Of a stretch of 64,000 nucleotides of DNA, positions 1-13,839 are shown one piece after another; position 1 is the stretch's first letter, and each line of letters starts with the position of its first letter. The DNA lies in assembly GCF_009914755.1 (NCBI RefSeq), contig NC_060928.1; one strand, given 5' to 3'. A program made the translations under genes and the position numbers. Below the pieces are notes generated by a model. The model was not told the DNA's origin. It worked only from the letters and a program-made list of their open reading frames with translations, and searched no databases. The stretch comes from the human T2T-CHM13v2.0 reference genome, Homo sapiens.

Positions 1-99
1 TTATTTAGAGTTCTTAGCTTCTCGAGATATCCTAAAAATTTTCAGGATAAAACTACATAATGTCCACGGCTTGCTTACTATGGGGGCCAGGAACTGGTG

Positions 100-252
100 G
101 GGTGTAGATGAAGCAGGATCATCTTCAACTGATGATTTTGGAACCTGGGTGATGGAAACACAGGTGTTGGTACACTATGAAGTCAAATTTACACATATTC
201 GAAATGATTATTCAATATGAAAATTGAAAATACTATTTTTCATAATAAAAAG
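100..252 (+). mobile_element. Old L1M (L1ME/L1MC-like) 3' end fragment
   Basis: gggtgatgga...tacactat...cataataaaa resembles the 3' terminus of ancient L1M elements; highly diverged. Confidence 0.4.
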
Positions 253-2194
253 CTTATAAGTTCACAATAATAGCAGCAATCTGGAAATCCTCAGGTGATA
301 TTTGTCACAGAATAATTGATTCAAGGTAGAACTTGTCGGACCCCGTGCTGTGCTGTGTATGAACAAAAGCAGAGTTCATTTTGTAGTTGTCAGATTCTTT
401 TTATAACCTCAGGAAAAAAAAAGTGGATAACAGGACTGAAATATAGTGGTGTTACACTGAGAACCATTGAATTTTAAAGGTAGTAAAGAAAATATTAATG
501 ACAGTTTTAAGAAATTCTATACACCATATGCTAATAAGTTGTTTTTATGCGTTTTCTAGGGTGGTAATTCAAGCAAAATTTGTTAACATGAATGAAGACT
601 ATAATTTTTGCCATGTACGCACAAACATCTTACATATCAAGGAGAAATATAGCAATAAGAAGACATTAAAACAGCACAGAAAAGCTTTCAAATTTATTGT
701 TTATTGGGTACAAAGAGGTATAATTTAAAATATATTTCCAGATTCCCGAAATACATCACCATAACTGAGTTAACTAATACACTCTCCTTTGGCCAATGAT
801 ATGTATTACCCGAAAAGATCATAGAAAGGAGACTTTTAAGAGACAGATCATCATGGCGGACGGGAGGCAGGACTACATTGCAGCTCCCGACAGGGCAGCG
901 TGCGGGGCTCGCATTGTGAATTTTAGCTCCAGATGGACTGCAGGAAGAAACCAGCAGTCCCGAGAGGACCCGCAGACCCTCTGAAGGAAGTGGGCTGCTC
1001 CTGCAGGACCCGGGAGACCCCCGCAAAAGTGTGAGTGCCCCAACTGCAGAAGTGGGAGAGGGAGACCCTCCTCTCCCAAACACACACCCCCACTGGGGAA
1101 GCTGAAGGTCTGTTTGCGGGAGAATTTCCAACTTTACCTGGAGCTGAGTCCGTCTGGGGAGCCCAGTGAGGTACAGGGGTAGAGGAAGCAGCGGAAAGGC
1201 CCGCGGAGCTCGCTGGGTCCCCGAGCAGCCCATTCCTGCTGGCACCACAGGGATCCATCGGGAGAGGAGGGAGTAAAACTCCACAGGGAGAAGGAAATCT
1301 CTAGCTGAGCGTTGTAACAGTTTGAACTGGGTGAGAATCCTCCTGGCCAGAACTAGGGCAGGGCACGAATCCGGGGTGCTGACTCCACAGGCGGGGGAAG
1401 AACCAAGCCTTTTTCTCTCGCAGCTGGGAGGCGGGTAGCCTGGGGCAGGTTTTCAGGCCTGTATCCCTCTCCGCCTGGAAACGGACTGGGGGCTGTTGGG
1501 GGGTGCACGGTGGGAGTGAGACCGGCCCTTTGGTTTGGGTGGGAGCTGGGTGAGCCCTGTGACTGCCGGCTTTCCCCTACTTCCCTGACAACCTGCATGA
1601 CTCAGCAGAGGCAGACATAATCCTCCCAGGTACATAACTCCAGTGACCTGGGAATCTCACCCCCAGCCCCCACAGCAGCCGCAGCAAGGACCGCCCAAGG
1701 AGAGCCTGAGCTCAGAGGTGCCTACCCCACCCTCACCTGAGGGTCCTTCCCTACCCACCCTGGTAGCAGAAGACAAAGGGCATATCATCTTGGAGTTCTA
1801 GGGCCCCGCCCACCGCCGGTTCCTCGCCACACTACCACAGCTGATGCTCTCTGGAAAGTGCCACTTCCCAGCAGGAGGCCAAACAGCACAAAAATAGAGC
1901 GCTAAACCCTCACAGAGTCCATTGCACTCTCCCTGCCTCCCATCGCCACCTCCACCAGAACAGGTGCTGGCATCCATGGCTGAGAGACCCATAGACGGTT
2001 CACATCACAGGACTCTGTGCAGACAACCCCCAGTACCAGCCTAGAGCCGGGTAGACTCACTGGGCGGCTAGACCCAGAAGAGAGACAACAATCACTGCAG
2101 TTTGGCTCACAGGAAGCCAGATCCATAGGAAAAGGGGGAGAGTATTACATCAAAGGAAAACCTCGTGGGACAAAAGAATCTGAACAACAGCCAA

Positions 2195-3200
2195 ATGAGA
2201 AGGAACCAGAAAACCAATTCTGGTAATTTGACAAAACAAGGCTCTTCAACACTCCCAAAATCACACCAGTTCACCAGCAATAGATCCAAACCAAGAAGAA
2301 ATCCCTAATTTACCTGAAAAAGCATTCAAAAGGTTAGTTATTAACCGAATCAGGGAGGGACCAGAGACAGGCAAAGCCCAACGCAAGGAAATCAAAAATA
2401 TGACACAAGAAGTGAAGGGAGAAATATTCAAGGAAATAGATGGCTTAAAGAAAAAACTAAATCAAAAATTCAAGAAACTTTGGACACACTTTTAGAAATG
2501 TGAAATGCTCTGGAAAGTCTCAGCAATAGAATTGAACAAGTAGAAGAAAGAAATTCAGAGTTCAAAGACAAGGTCTTTGAATTAACCCAATCCAACAAAG
2601 ACAAAGAAAAAAAGAATAAGAAAATATGAACAAAGCCTCCAAGAAGTCTGGGATTATGTTAAACAACCAAATCTAAGAATAATCTCTGTTCCTGAGGAAA
2701 AAAATTCTAAAAGCTTGCAAAACATATTTGGAGGAAGAGTCGAGGAAAACTTCCCCAGCCTTGCTATACACCTAGACATCCAAATCCAAGAAGCACAAAG
2801 AACACCTGGGTAATTCATCGCAAAAAGATCTTTGCCTAGGCGCATCGTCATCAGGTTATCCAAAGTTAAGATGAAGGAAAGATTCTTAGGAGCTGTGAGA
2901 CAGAAGCACCAGGTAACCTATAAAGGAAAACCTATCAGATTTCTCAGCAGAGATCCTACAAGCTAGAAGGGTCTGGGGCCCTATCTTCGGCCTCCTCAAA
3001 CAAAGCAATTAATAGCCAAGAATTTTGTATCCAGCGAAACTAAGCATCATATATGAAGGAAAGAAACAGTCTTTTTCAGACAAACAAATGCTGAGAAAAT
3101 TCACCATTACCAAGCCACCACTACAAGAACTGCTAAAAGGAGCTCTAAATCTTGAAACAAATGCTGGAAACACATCAAAATGAACCTCTTTAAAGCATAC
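2195..3200 (+). pseudogene. L1 ORF1p remnant (stops and frameshifts)
   Basis: ATG at 2195 reads MRRNQKTNSGNLTKQG; downstream sequence matches L1 ORF1 (e.g. RPALQELLKGAL-like end), but no long ORF survives. Confidence 0.8.
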
Positions 3201-3280
3201 ATCACACAGGACCTATAAAACAAAAATAAAAGTTAAAAAACAAAAACAAAAAAACCCTAAGTACACAGGCAACAAAGAGC

Positions 3281-6200
3281 ATGATGAATGCAATGGTACT
3301 TCACATTTCAATACTAACATTGCATGTAAATGGCCTAAATGCTCCACTTAAAACATACAGAACCGCAGAATGCGTAAGAACTAACCAACCAACTAGCTGC
3401 TGCTTTCAGGAGACTCACCTAACACATAAGGACTCACATACACTTGAAGTAAAGGGGTGGGAAAAGGCATTTTATGCAAATGGACACCAAAGACGAGCAG
3501 GGGTGGCTATTCTTATATCAGACAAAACAAACATTAAAGCAACAGCAGTTAAAAGAGACAAAGAGGGACATTATATAATGATAAAAGGTCTCGTCCAAAA
3601 GAAAAAGATCACAATCCTACACATATATGCACCTAATGCTGGAGCTCCCAAATTTATAAAATAATTACTACTAGACCTAAGAATGAGATAGACAGCAACA
3701 CAATAGTAGTGGGGAACTTCAGTACTCCACTGACAGCACTAGACAGGTCATCAAGACAGAATGTTAACAAAGAAACAAGGGATTTAAACTATACCTTGGA
3801 ACAAATGGACTTGACATATATATACAGAACATTTCATCCAACAACCACAGAATACGCATTCTATTTAACAGCACATGGAACTTTCTCCAAGATAGACCAC
3901 ATGATAGGCCACAAAACGAGCCAAAATAAATTTAAGAAAATTGAAATTATATCAAACACTCTCTCAGACCACAGTGGAATAAAACTGGAAATCAACTCTA
4001 ATAGGAACCTTCAAAACCATGCAAATACCTGAAAATTAAATAACCTGCTCCTGAATGAGCATTGGATCAAAAATGAAATTGACATGGAAATTAAAAAATC
4101 GTTTGAACCAAACAACAATGACACAACTTATCAAAACCTTTGGCATACAGCAAAGGTGGTGCTAAGAGGAAAGTTCATAGCCCTAAACACCTACATCAAA
4201 AAGACTGAAAGAGCACAAACTGACACTCTCAGGTCACACCTCAAGGAACTAGAGAAACAAGAGCAAGCTAAACCCAAACACAGCAGAAGGAAGGAAGTAA
4301 CCAAGATCAGAGCAGAACTAAATGAAACTGAAACAAACAACAAACAATACAAAAGATAAATGAAACAAGAAGCTGGTTCTTTGAAAAGATAAATAAAATT
4401 GATAGACCTTTAGAAAGATTAACCAAGAAAAGAAGAGAAAAAATCTAAATAACCTCACTAAGAAACGAAACAGGAGATATTACAACTGACACCACTGAAA
4501 TACAAAAGATCATTCAAGGCTACTATGAACACCTTTACATACATAAACTGGAAAACCTAGAAGAGATGGATAAATTCCTGGAAAAGAATACAACCCTCCT
4601 AGCTTAAAATCAGGAATATTAGATACCTAAACAGATCAATAACAAACAGTGAGATTGAAATGGTAATTTACAAATTACCAACGAAGAAGGTCCAGGACCA
4701 GAGTCACAGCAGAATTCTACCAGACATTCAAAGAAGAATTGATACCAATCCTTTTGACACTATTCCACAAGATAGAGAAAGAAGGAACCCTCCCTAATTC
4801 ATTCTATGAAACCAGCATCACCCTAATAGCAAAACCAGGAAAGGACATAACCAAAAATGAAAACTACAGACCAATATTTTTGATGAACATAGATGCTAAA
4901 ATCCTTAACAAAATACTAGCTAACCAAATCCAACAACATATCAAAAAAAATAATCCACCATGGTCAGGTAGGTTTCATATCAGGGATGCAGGGATGGTTT
5001 AACATATACAAGTCAATAAATGTGATACACTACATAAACAGAATTAAAAACAAAAATCACATAATCATCTCAACAGAGGCAGAAAAAAGCATTTGACAAA
5101 ATCCAACATACATTTATGATAAAAACTCTCAGTAAAATCAGCATACAAGGAACATACCTTAATGTAATAGAAGCCATCTATAACAAACCCACAGCCAACA
5201 TAATACTGAATGGGGAAAAGTTGAAAGCATTCCCTTTGAGAACTGGAACAAGACAAGGATGCCCACTCTCACCACTCCTCTTCCTCACAGTATTGGAAGT
5301 CCTATCCAGAGCAGTCAGACAAGAGAAAGAAATAAAGGGCATCTAAATCGGTAAAGAGGAAGTCAAACTGTCACTGTTTGCTGACGACTTTATCATTGAC
5401 CTCAAAAACCCTCAAGGCTCCTCCAGAAAGCTCCTAGAACTGATAAAAGAATTCAGCAAAGTTTCCAGATAGGAGATTAATGTACACAAATCAGTAGCTC
5501 TTCTATACACCAACAGCGACCAAGTGGAGAATCAAATCAAGAACTCAACCCCTTTTACAATAGCTGCAAAAAAGTTTAAATACTTAGGAATATACCTAAC
5601 CAAGGAGTTGAAAGACATCTACAAGGAAAACTACAAAACACTGCTGAAAGAAATCATAGATGACACAAACAAATGGAAACACATCCCATGTTCATGGATG
5701 GGTAGAATCAATATTGTGAAAATGACCATACTGCCAAAAGCAACCTACAAATTCAATGCAACCCCCATCAAATACCACCATCATTCTTCACAGAATTAGA
5801 AAAAACAATTCCAAAATTCATATGGAACCATAAAAGAGCCCACATAGCCAAAGCAAGACTAAGCAAAAAGAATAAATCTGGAGGCATCACACTACCTGAT
5901 TTCAAACTATACTATAAGGCCATAGTCAACAAAACAGCATGGTAGTGGTATAAAAATAGGCACATACACTAATGGAACAGAATAGAGAACCCAGAAATAA
6001 ACTGAAATACTTACAGCCAACTGATCTTTGACAAAGCAAACAAAAACGTAAAGTGGGAAAGGACACCCTTTTCAAAAAATGGTGCTGGCATAATTGGCTA
6101 GCCACATGTAGGAGAAAGAAACTGGATCCTCATCTCTCACTTTACACTAAAATCAACTCAAGATGGATTATGGATTAAGGACTTAAACCTAAGACCTGAA

Positions 6201-7110
6201 ACTGTAAAAATTCTAGAAGATAACATTGGAAAAACCCTTCTAGACGTTGGCCTAGGCAAGGATTTCATGACCAAGAACCCAAAAGCAAATGCAATAAAAA
6301 CAAAGATAAATAGCTGGAACCTAATTAAACTAAGGTGCTTTTGTATGGCAAAAGGAACAGTCAGCAGAGTAAACAGACAACCCACAGAGTGGGAGAAAAT
6401 CTTCATAGTCTATACATCTGACAAAGAACTAATATCCAGAATCTACAATGAACTCAAACAAATCAGTAAGAAACAAACAAACAATCTCATCAAAAAGTGG
6501 GCTAAGGACATGAATAGACAATTCTCAAAAGAAGATATACGAATGGCCAACGAACATAGGAAAAAATGCTCAACAACTAATAATCAGGGAAATGCGAATC
6601 AAAACCACAATGTGATACCACCTTACTCCTGCAAGAATGGCCATAATCAAAAAATAAAAAAACAGTAGATGTTGATGTGGATGCAGTTAACAGGGAACAC
6701 TTCTACACTGCTGGTGGGAATGCAAACAGCCACTATGGAAAACAGTGTGGAGATTCCTTAAAGAACTAAAAGTAGAACTACCATTGGATCCAGCAATTCC
6801 ACTACTGGGTATCTACCCAAAGGAAAAGAAGTCATTATACGAAAAAGATACTTGCACATGCATGTTTATAGTGGCACAATTCACAATCGCAAAATCGTGA
6901 AACCAACCCAAATGCCCATTGATCAATGACTGGATAAAGAAACTGTGAGATAGATATATATATGTATATATATATATATATGATGGAATACTATGCAGCC
7001 ATAAAAGGGAATGAATTAACAGCATTTGCAGTGACCTGGATGAGATTGGAGACTATTATTCTAAGTGATGTAACTCAGGAATGGAAAACCAAACATTGTG
7101 TGTTCTCACT
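3281..7110 (+). pseudogene. L1 ORF2p (endonuclease/reverse transcriptase) remnant, fragmented
   Basis: ORF fragments: HISILTLHVNGLNAPLK, CFQETHL, IYAPN, SDHSGIKLEI (endonuclease); [30 protein letters not shown], tttgctgacgac=[12 protein letters not shown] (RT). Confidence 0.92.
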
Positions 7111-7359
7111 GATATGTGGGAGCTAAGATATGAGGATGCAAAGGCATAAAAATGATACAATGGACTTTGGGGACTTGGGGGGAAGAGAGGGAGGGGGGTA
7201 AGGGATAAAAGCCTACAAATATGGTGCAGTGTATACTGCTGAGGTGATGGGTGCACCAGGATCTCACAAATCATCACTAAAGAACTTACCCATGTAACCA
7301 AATACCACCTGTACCCCAATAACTTATGGAAAAATATAAAAAAAGAAAGGAGATCTTTA

Positions 7360-7470
7360 TATTTAAGTATGTGTAGTGTATATATCTATATCTGCATATA
7401 TATATATATCTGCCTCTTTATCTATATATATTTAGCCATATATATATATATAAATAAATAGATCATAAAA
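7360..7470. repeat. (TA)n-rich low-complexity microsatellite
   Basis: Runs of tatatata interrupted by tc/gc. Confidence 0.8.
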
Positions 7471-7581
7471 GTAAAGGGTATATATTTACTTGCACTTTCT
7501 ATGATTTTAGCAAAATATATAACATTGATATATGATTAGGCTGATGCTATTATTTTAAAAGAATCATGGAGGAAGTAAAAG

Positions 7582-9832
7582 TAAAACCAAAAACTATATA
7601 ATCATCTCAATAGATGCAGAAAAAGCTTTTGATAAAATCCAACATCCCTTCATGATAAAAACCCTCAACAGACTAGGCATTGAAGGAACGTACCTCAAAA
7701 TAATAAGCACCATCTGTGACAAAACCACAGCCAACATCATACTGAGTGGGCAAAAGCTGGAAGCATTTCCCTTGAGAACCAGAACAAGACAAGGATGCCT
7801 GCTCTCACCAGTCCTATTCGGCACAGTACTGGAAGTCCTAGCAAGAGCAATCAGGCAAGAGAAAGAAATGAAGGGCATCAGAAAGGAAGAAATCAAACTA
7901 TTTCTCTTTGCTGATGATATGATTCTATACCTGGAAAATCCTAAATACTCTGCCAAAAGGCTCCTGGAACAATCAGCAACTTCAGTAAAGTTTCAGGATA
8001 CAAAATCAGTGTGCAAAAATCAGTAGTATTTCTATTCACCAATAACATTCAAGCTGGGAGCCAAATGAAAAACACAATCCAATTTACAATAGTAGCATAA
8101 AAAATTAAATACCTAGGGATACAGCTAACCAAGGAGGTGAAAGAGCTGTACAAGGAGAACTACAAAACACTGCTGAAAAAAATCAGAGATGACACAAATG
8201 AAAAAATATTCCATGCTCATGGATTGGAATCATTAATATCATTAAAATGGCCATCCTGCCCAAAGCAATGTACAGATTAAACACTATTCCTAACAAACTA
8301 CCAACATCATTTTTTCACAGAATTAGAAAAAACTATTCTAAAATTCATATGGAACCAAAAAGAGCCCAAATAAACAAGCGATCCTAAGCAAAAAGAACAA
8401 AGCCAGAAACATCTTATTACCCAGCTTCAAAATAGACTACAAGCCTACAGCAACCAAAAAAGCGTGATACTAGTACAAAAAAGACATGTAGATCATTGGA
8501 ACAGAGCAGAGAATCCAGAAATAAAGCCAAACACCTACAACCGTCTGATCTTTGACAAACTTGACAAAAATAAGCAATGGGGAAAAGACTCTCTATTCAA
8601 TAAATAGTGTTGGGGTAGCTGGCTAGCCATATGCAAAAGATTGAAACTGGAGCCCTACCTATCAGCACATAGAAACATTAACTCAAGATGGAATAGAGAC
8701 TTAAATGTTAGACCTCAAGCTATAAAAATCCTAGAAAAAAATCCAGGAAAAACCCTTCTTGAAATCGGCCTTGGCAAATAATTTATGGCTAAGCCTTGAA
8801 GACCTATCCCAACAAAAACAAAAATTGATAATCGGGACTTAATTACACTAAAGAGCTTCTGCATAGCAAGAGAAACTATCAAGTGATTAAACAGACAACC
8901 TGTGGGAGAAAATATTCGCAAACTATGCATGTGACAAAGGTCAAATATCCCAAATCTATAAGGAATGTAAATCAACAACCAAAAAAAACAAATAACCCCA
9001 TTAAAAAGTGGGCAAAGGACATGAACAGACACTTCTCAAAAGAAGACATACAAGCAGCCAACAAACATGAAAAAATGCTGAACATCACTGATCATCAGAA
9101 AAATGCAAATCAAAACCACAGTAAGACACCATCTCACACCAGTCAGAATGGCTTTTGTTAAAAACTCAAAAAATAACAGACGTTGGCAAGGCTGCAGAAA
9201 AAAGGATACATTTATACACTGTTGGTGGGAGTGTAAATTAGTCCAGCCACTAGTAGAGAGCAGTTTGGAGATTTCTCAAAGAACTAACAGCTGAACTACC
9301 ATTTGACCTGGCCATCTCATTCCTGGGTATATGCAAAGAAAAATCAATCATTCTACCATAAGGACACATGTGTGTTCATCACAGTGCTATTCACAATGGC
9401 AAAAACACGAAATCAACCTATGTGCCTATCGACAGTGGACTGGATAAGGAAAATGTGGAGCATATCCACCATAGAATGCTGTGCAGCCATAACAATGAGG
9501 AAATCATGTCCTTTGCAGCATCATGGATGCAGCTGGAGGCCATTATCCTAAGCAAACTAACTCAGGAACAGAAAGCAAATACCGCATGTTCCCACTTACA
9601 GGTGGGAGCTAAACACTGAATCCACACGGACACAAGGATGGCAACAATTGACACTGGAGGCTACTGGGGCTGGAGGCGAGTAAGGGCTAAACTACCTACT
9701 GGGGACGATGTCCACTACCTGGGTGATGGATTCAGTCATACCCCAAACCTCAGCATAATGCAAGATACCTTTGTAACAAACCTGCCCATGTTCCTCCTTT
9801 TTCTAAAATAAAAGTTTTCAAAAAATAAAATT
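7582..9832 (+). mobile_element. 5'-truncated LINE-1 (L1PB4/L1PA17-like)
   Basis: ORF2 RT fragment ([23 protein letters not shown]), C-terminal ORF2 fragments, 3'UTR ...ccccaaacctcagcat...ctaaaataaaagtt. Confidence 0.9.
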
Positions 9833-9836
9833 ATGA

Positions 9837-9945
9837 GGCCAGGCATGGTGGCACATGGCTGTAGTCCCAGCTACTCCAGAGGCTGAAGAAGGATTTGGAG
9901 TCCAGCCTGGGCAACACAGCAAAATCCTGTGTCTAAAAACATAAT
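9837..9945 (+). mobile_element. Alu monomer fragment (FLAM/FRAM-like)
   Basis: ggccaggcatggtggc...gtagtcccagctact...tccagcctgggcaaca, internally deleted. Confidence 0.75.
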
Positions 9946-10039
9946 AACAATACTATAAAATAAATAATTAAAATAAAAATAATTTTGGGTAAATCTTCAC
10001 TCGGATTTAACCCTTGTGTGTTTATGTGGCTAGGCATCT

Positions 10040-10382
10040 GGAAAGCAGGAAACACAGGCAAGCGTTGATGCTGCAGTCTCGTGTCTGAGATCTGCAGGGT
10101 AGGCCGGACCAGCTGCAAACTCAGGCAGGATTTCTATGTTACTATCTTGAGGTAGAATTCCTTCTACTCCCAGAAATTTCAGTTTTTGCTCTTAGGGTCT
10201 TCAGCTTATTAGAGTAGGCCCACCTACATTATTGAGGGCAACCTGTTTCACTTTTTACCAAGTCAACTTATTGTAAATGTTAATCCCATTCACAAAATAC
10301 CTTCACAGCAACATCTATAATGATGTTTGACCAAAGTGGGCACTTGAGCCTTGCCAAGTTATACATAAAATTAAACATCACA
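10040..10382 (-). mobile_element. MLT2-type (ERVL) LTR
   Basis: Ends ccaagttatacataaaattaaacatcaca, the reverse complement of the MLT2 start tgtgatggttaattttatgtgtcaacttg. Confidence 0.75.
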
Positions 10383-10554
10383 GGCATATTTTTTCAACCA
10401 TAAGATTTTTGATTGACAGAGACATTTGGGATCAAAGATTATTTGTGCTATATAATTGAAATAGGTTAATAAACATTTTTCATTTTTTAGCAATAAGGAA
10501 CCATATTTCTACTATGCTATAGAAACTTTGATTACATGAAATGTAATCTTACAT

Positions 10555-10985
10555 GAAATTACTTACTGAGCACCTACCACATGCCAGAGACTATGGTAAG
10601 TGCTGATCACATGGCAGTGATCAAGTTCAATGCTGCTCTGAGAAGCCTGTTAGGGGGGAATTTAACCTGGCTGCAGCTGCTGGCTTGCAGGTCGATGGGT
10701 GGCCTTTTGATGAGGTGACATTTCAGCTAAGACTAGAATAAGTAAGACTTTGTCAGGTGAAGATGGAGATGGATAAGAACATTCCAGGCAAAGGAAAGAG
10801 CATAAACCAAAAGCTAGGAGTTAAGGAAATCGTGGAGTGTTTAGAGAGCTGAATGGAATCCCGTTTAGTACATACAGCAAAGAGAAAGAGGTAGAAAATC
10901 AAGCTGGAAAGATGAGCTGAGGCCAGACCCTTACAAGCTACACTAAGGACTTTTCAGTTTTATCTTAAGGGCAGTAACAAATACA
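10555..10985 (-). mobile_element. L2 fragment
   Basis: ttactgagcacctac...tgccag, gaggtgacattt, aacattccaggcaaagg: typical antisense L2 3' motifs. Confidence 0.65.
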
Positions 10986-12497
10986 TGCACTAATCTATCC
11001 TGTTATTTTCTATTATGTCAAAGAATGAAACAGTGTAACTTATTAGAGAGGGAATGAATGCAGTGTAGAACATTACTTGCTGTCATCCTCATTGTTTCAA
11101 AACAGAGCATGTGATTAAACAAATCAATGAAGTATCACTTTATCTTTAAAAAGATGATTCCATTAAAATACAACTTCAGTCTAAAGAAACAGATCCATGT
11201 CTAATGTGGTCCCGGTTATGACATTTTTGTTTGTGATTCTGATCACTTCAAGAACCCTGCAGTACGTGCACTTTGTTTTGTGAATGAAAATTATGTGGTT
11301 GGCTATTCTAATCTAAAAAACAAAAACTCCTGGAGCACCATGAGTGGGAGCTGGGGTTCAGCTATGTCTTCCTGCTAAAATGACCTGATCACTCCCATCC
11401 TGGTGCTTAAATCCATTTATTTTTATAAGGGTTCAGAAGGCTTCTGAGAAAAGAATTCGTGGTAGGTACAAGATTGGGGTTCAGATATACAAGCAAGTCT
11501 TATAAAGAAGGGCTGGGAGTGGAGAAACAAAAGGCCAATTACAAGGAAGTCCTGTGTGGCCCAGAAGTGTCTTCAACCCAGTGGAAAAACAAGTGTGACA
11601 GTGACTCTGCGGGAGTCGCCAGACTTCAGACAGCAGCGATCGTGGCTGTTGAGGAACTGGACTCAACCCCGCCATGCTGGCAGCATGCAAGCTTGGAAAT
11701 GAGCCTAGCAGAAGTGTGGCCTTTGTGGCGGGATCAAAGCAATGGGCTCAGGGCCCGAACTCAGAAGAGGCTGCAGAAGAAAGGGGAGCCTCTGCAGCCC
11801 TGTCCTGCAGCAGCAGCCGCAGCATCTTGGAAGTGACCCGGACAACACAGCTGCAGCTGCGGCATGGAGAGCAGGTCAGCAAGAGCAGGTACTGGCCTCC
11901 AAGGGCAATAGGAGGATCGTCCGGAATGTGCAGCGATGCTGTGATTTGCCCGAGAAGGGCCTGTGTGCTTGAAGCAGGCTAGTGGTGTGGGTTATTTGTC
12001 CAGGCCTGCCTTGCCCTGAGGCTTTTAATCAGAGTGCGGAAAAGAGAGCAGCGAAGCTGTTCTGGGAGAAACGTCATGACTGGCAGTTTGAAACATCTCC
12101 TGGGTTGTCACTGTCCCAAGCACAAAGCTCAAGCGTTTGTGGCAAGGCCCTATACTTTATGAGAGCTGGAGCAAATGATAGCAACCCAAACCTTAAAGGA
12201 GGCTTCACTCCCCAATATTTTACTCACCTCGGATGCTCCACATCAAAGCAGGCCTGTGCTATCGCTGTGAAGACCTGCCTGCGAAGCCAGGATGGTGAGT
12301 TGAGGAGGGATCCAGCCTCGGCAGGCCACTGTGCCAGAAACAGCCTCTCCCCATAACCATCAGCCATGATCTAATCATTGGAACCCCAAAGGAAAACTGG
12401 AAGAGAAATCCCAGAGGGTTCCTGGGAGCTCCCCCTTCTCAGCAACTTCTAAACTCCATTTTGCTTATAATCCAGAAACCCAGAGGCTTATCAAGGC

Positions 12498-12523
12498 AAA
12501 AAAAAAAAAAAAAAAAAAAAAAA
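12498..12523 (+). repeat. Poly(A)26 tract
   Basis: Uninterrupted A run. Confidence 0.95.
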
Positions 12524-13839
12524 TTGTCTATCTATGCCATTGCCTACAAGAGTGGATGGAACCTTCCTTATATTCACATCACTGCAGTGCCATTCTAGTA
12601 ATTTGCCGAGGGAACTGGACTTCTATAAAGAATGGCTAAACTACTAATCTAAGAGGGAAACTCTCAGTAGCCCACAGTGGTTGCATTCTTATTTAGCTGA
12701 TAATTGGAATATATGTCCCTTTTCACCAGGCTCCTATGATAGACCATGTGAAGATCTGAACGTTATATACAGTTTCTTACTGTGAGTTTATCATTATGCT
12801 CAGCAGAAAAAGAAGAACCCCCCCTAAGGGTTGAGCTGTGGGCACATGACATATTCACAATTGTGGGGAATAAAAAAATTAGTGGATTGAAAATATTAAA
12901 ATACAGTGGTCAAGAAATTCAACACATTAAAAGAATCAGGAAGAAACTTCAGAAACTTCCCCATCACAATTGTCATATTTAATTTAAAATAAAAACTTCA
13001 AATTGACTGCCACTAATTCATCTTTTTGGATAAATTGTGAGGAATTTTTTGGTGGAAAAATTACTTAAACCTGGCCTGATGATTATGAAAAAAAATTAAT
13101 AGAGAAATTTTCTTTCTTATGTTACCCTATTGTAATCATGTTAATTTCAATTGTACTTATTTCTGCTTAAGATCATATTTCATTTGCATAAATGAAAAAC
13201 AAAATCCAATAACTTTAAATGAATTTGCTAATCTTAAGGAAATAACCAGCTCCTTTAAACATGAATTAGACAATGGTTTCACACTATCATATTGCTAGAC
13301 AGATAAGACTTAGAAAAAGAAAGAAAGCCGGTTGCAAAAGACTGTATTTTCTAAATATCTAATTCCTCACGGCATAATGTGCTTCTGAAAGCAAGTTTTT
13401 AATTATTAAAAAAAAATCAAACAATATCAGACCTTGACTTTGTAAATTAGACTATTGATGAAGTGCCTTTCCACTTCACTACTGTGAAGAGAATGAGTGT
13501 GATAAGGCCCCAGAAGTGTTACTTCTCTTTTGTTAGATTTATTCCTTCTAAATCAATTCCCTGGCCTTCTCACGTGTGTTTTCACCTCCCTGAGTGGCCA
13601 AAACAAACTTTTTTAAAGTTCTGTTCAGAAAAGCAATTACGAGTAATAAGTTACAGTCATAAGCATCAAGGTACAGATGGTTTAAATCTAGAGAGTATTA
13701 CTAACAGGGCTATGAAAAGAAAATGTTGGGATGATTTTAAAAATTGAAGATCACAACCTGCTATGAATTTGTAGAAATGATTTCAGTGCCACCCATTATA
13801 TCCTATAGGGAAGAAAACAGAGCACACACATGAAGCTTA

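Larger units (their letters stand above)
839..7343 (+). mobile_element. Full-length LINE-1, L1PB1-like, inactivated
   Basis: GC/CpG-rich 5'UTR starting gatcatcatggcggacgggaggcagg; ORF1 and ORF2 remnants; L1PB-type 3'UTR and A-rich tail; 16-bp TSD AGAAAGGAGACTTTTA (823-838) vs AGAAAGGAGATCTTTA (7344-7359). Confidence 0.93.

Noticed and set aside
694-1284. 196-aa antisense ORF (ORF0-like)
   Set aside because: Lies in the GC-rich L1PB 5'UTR, begins at a non-ATG codon, and has no recognisable similarity to L1PA ORF0.
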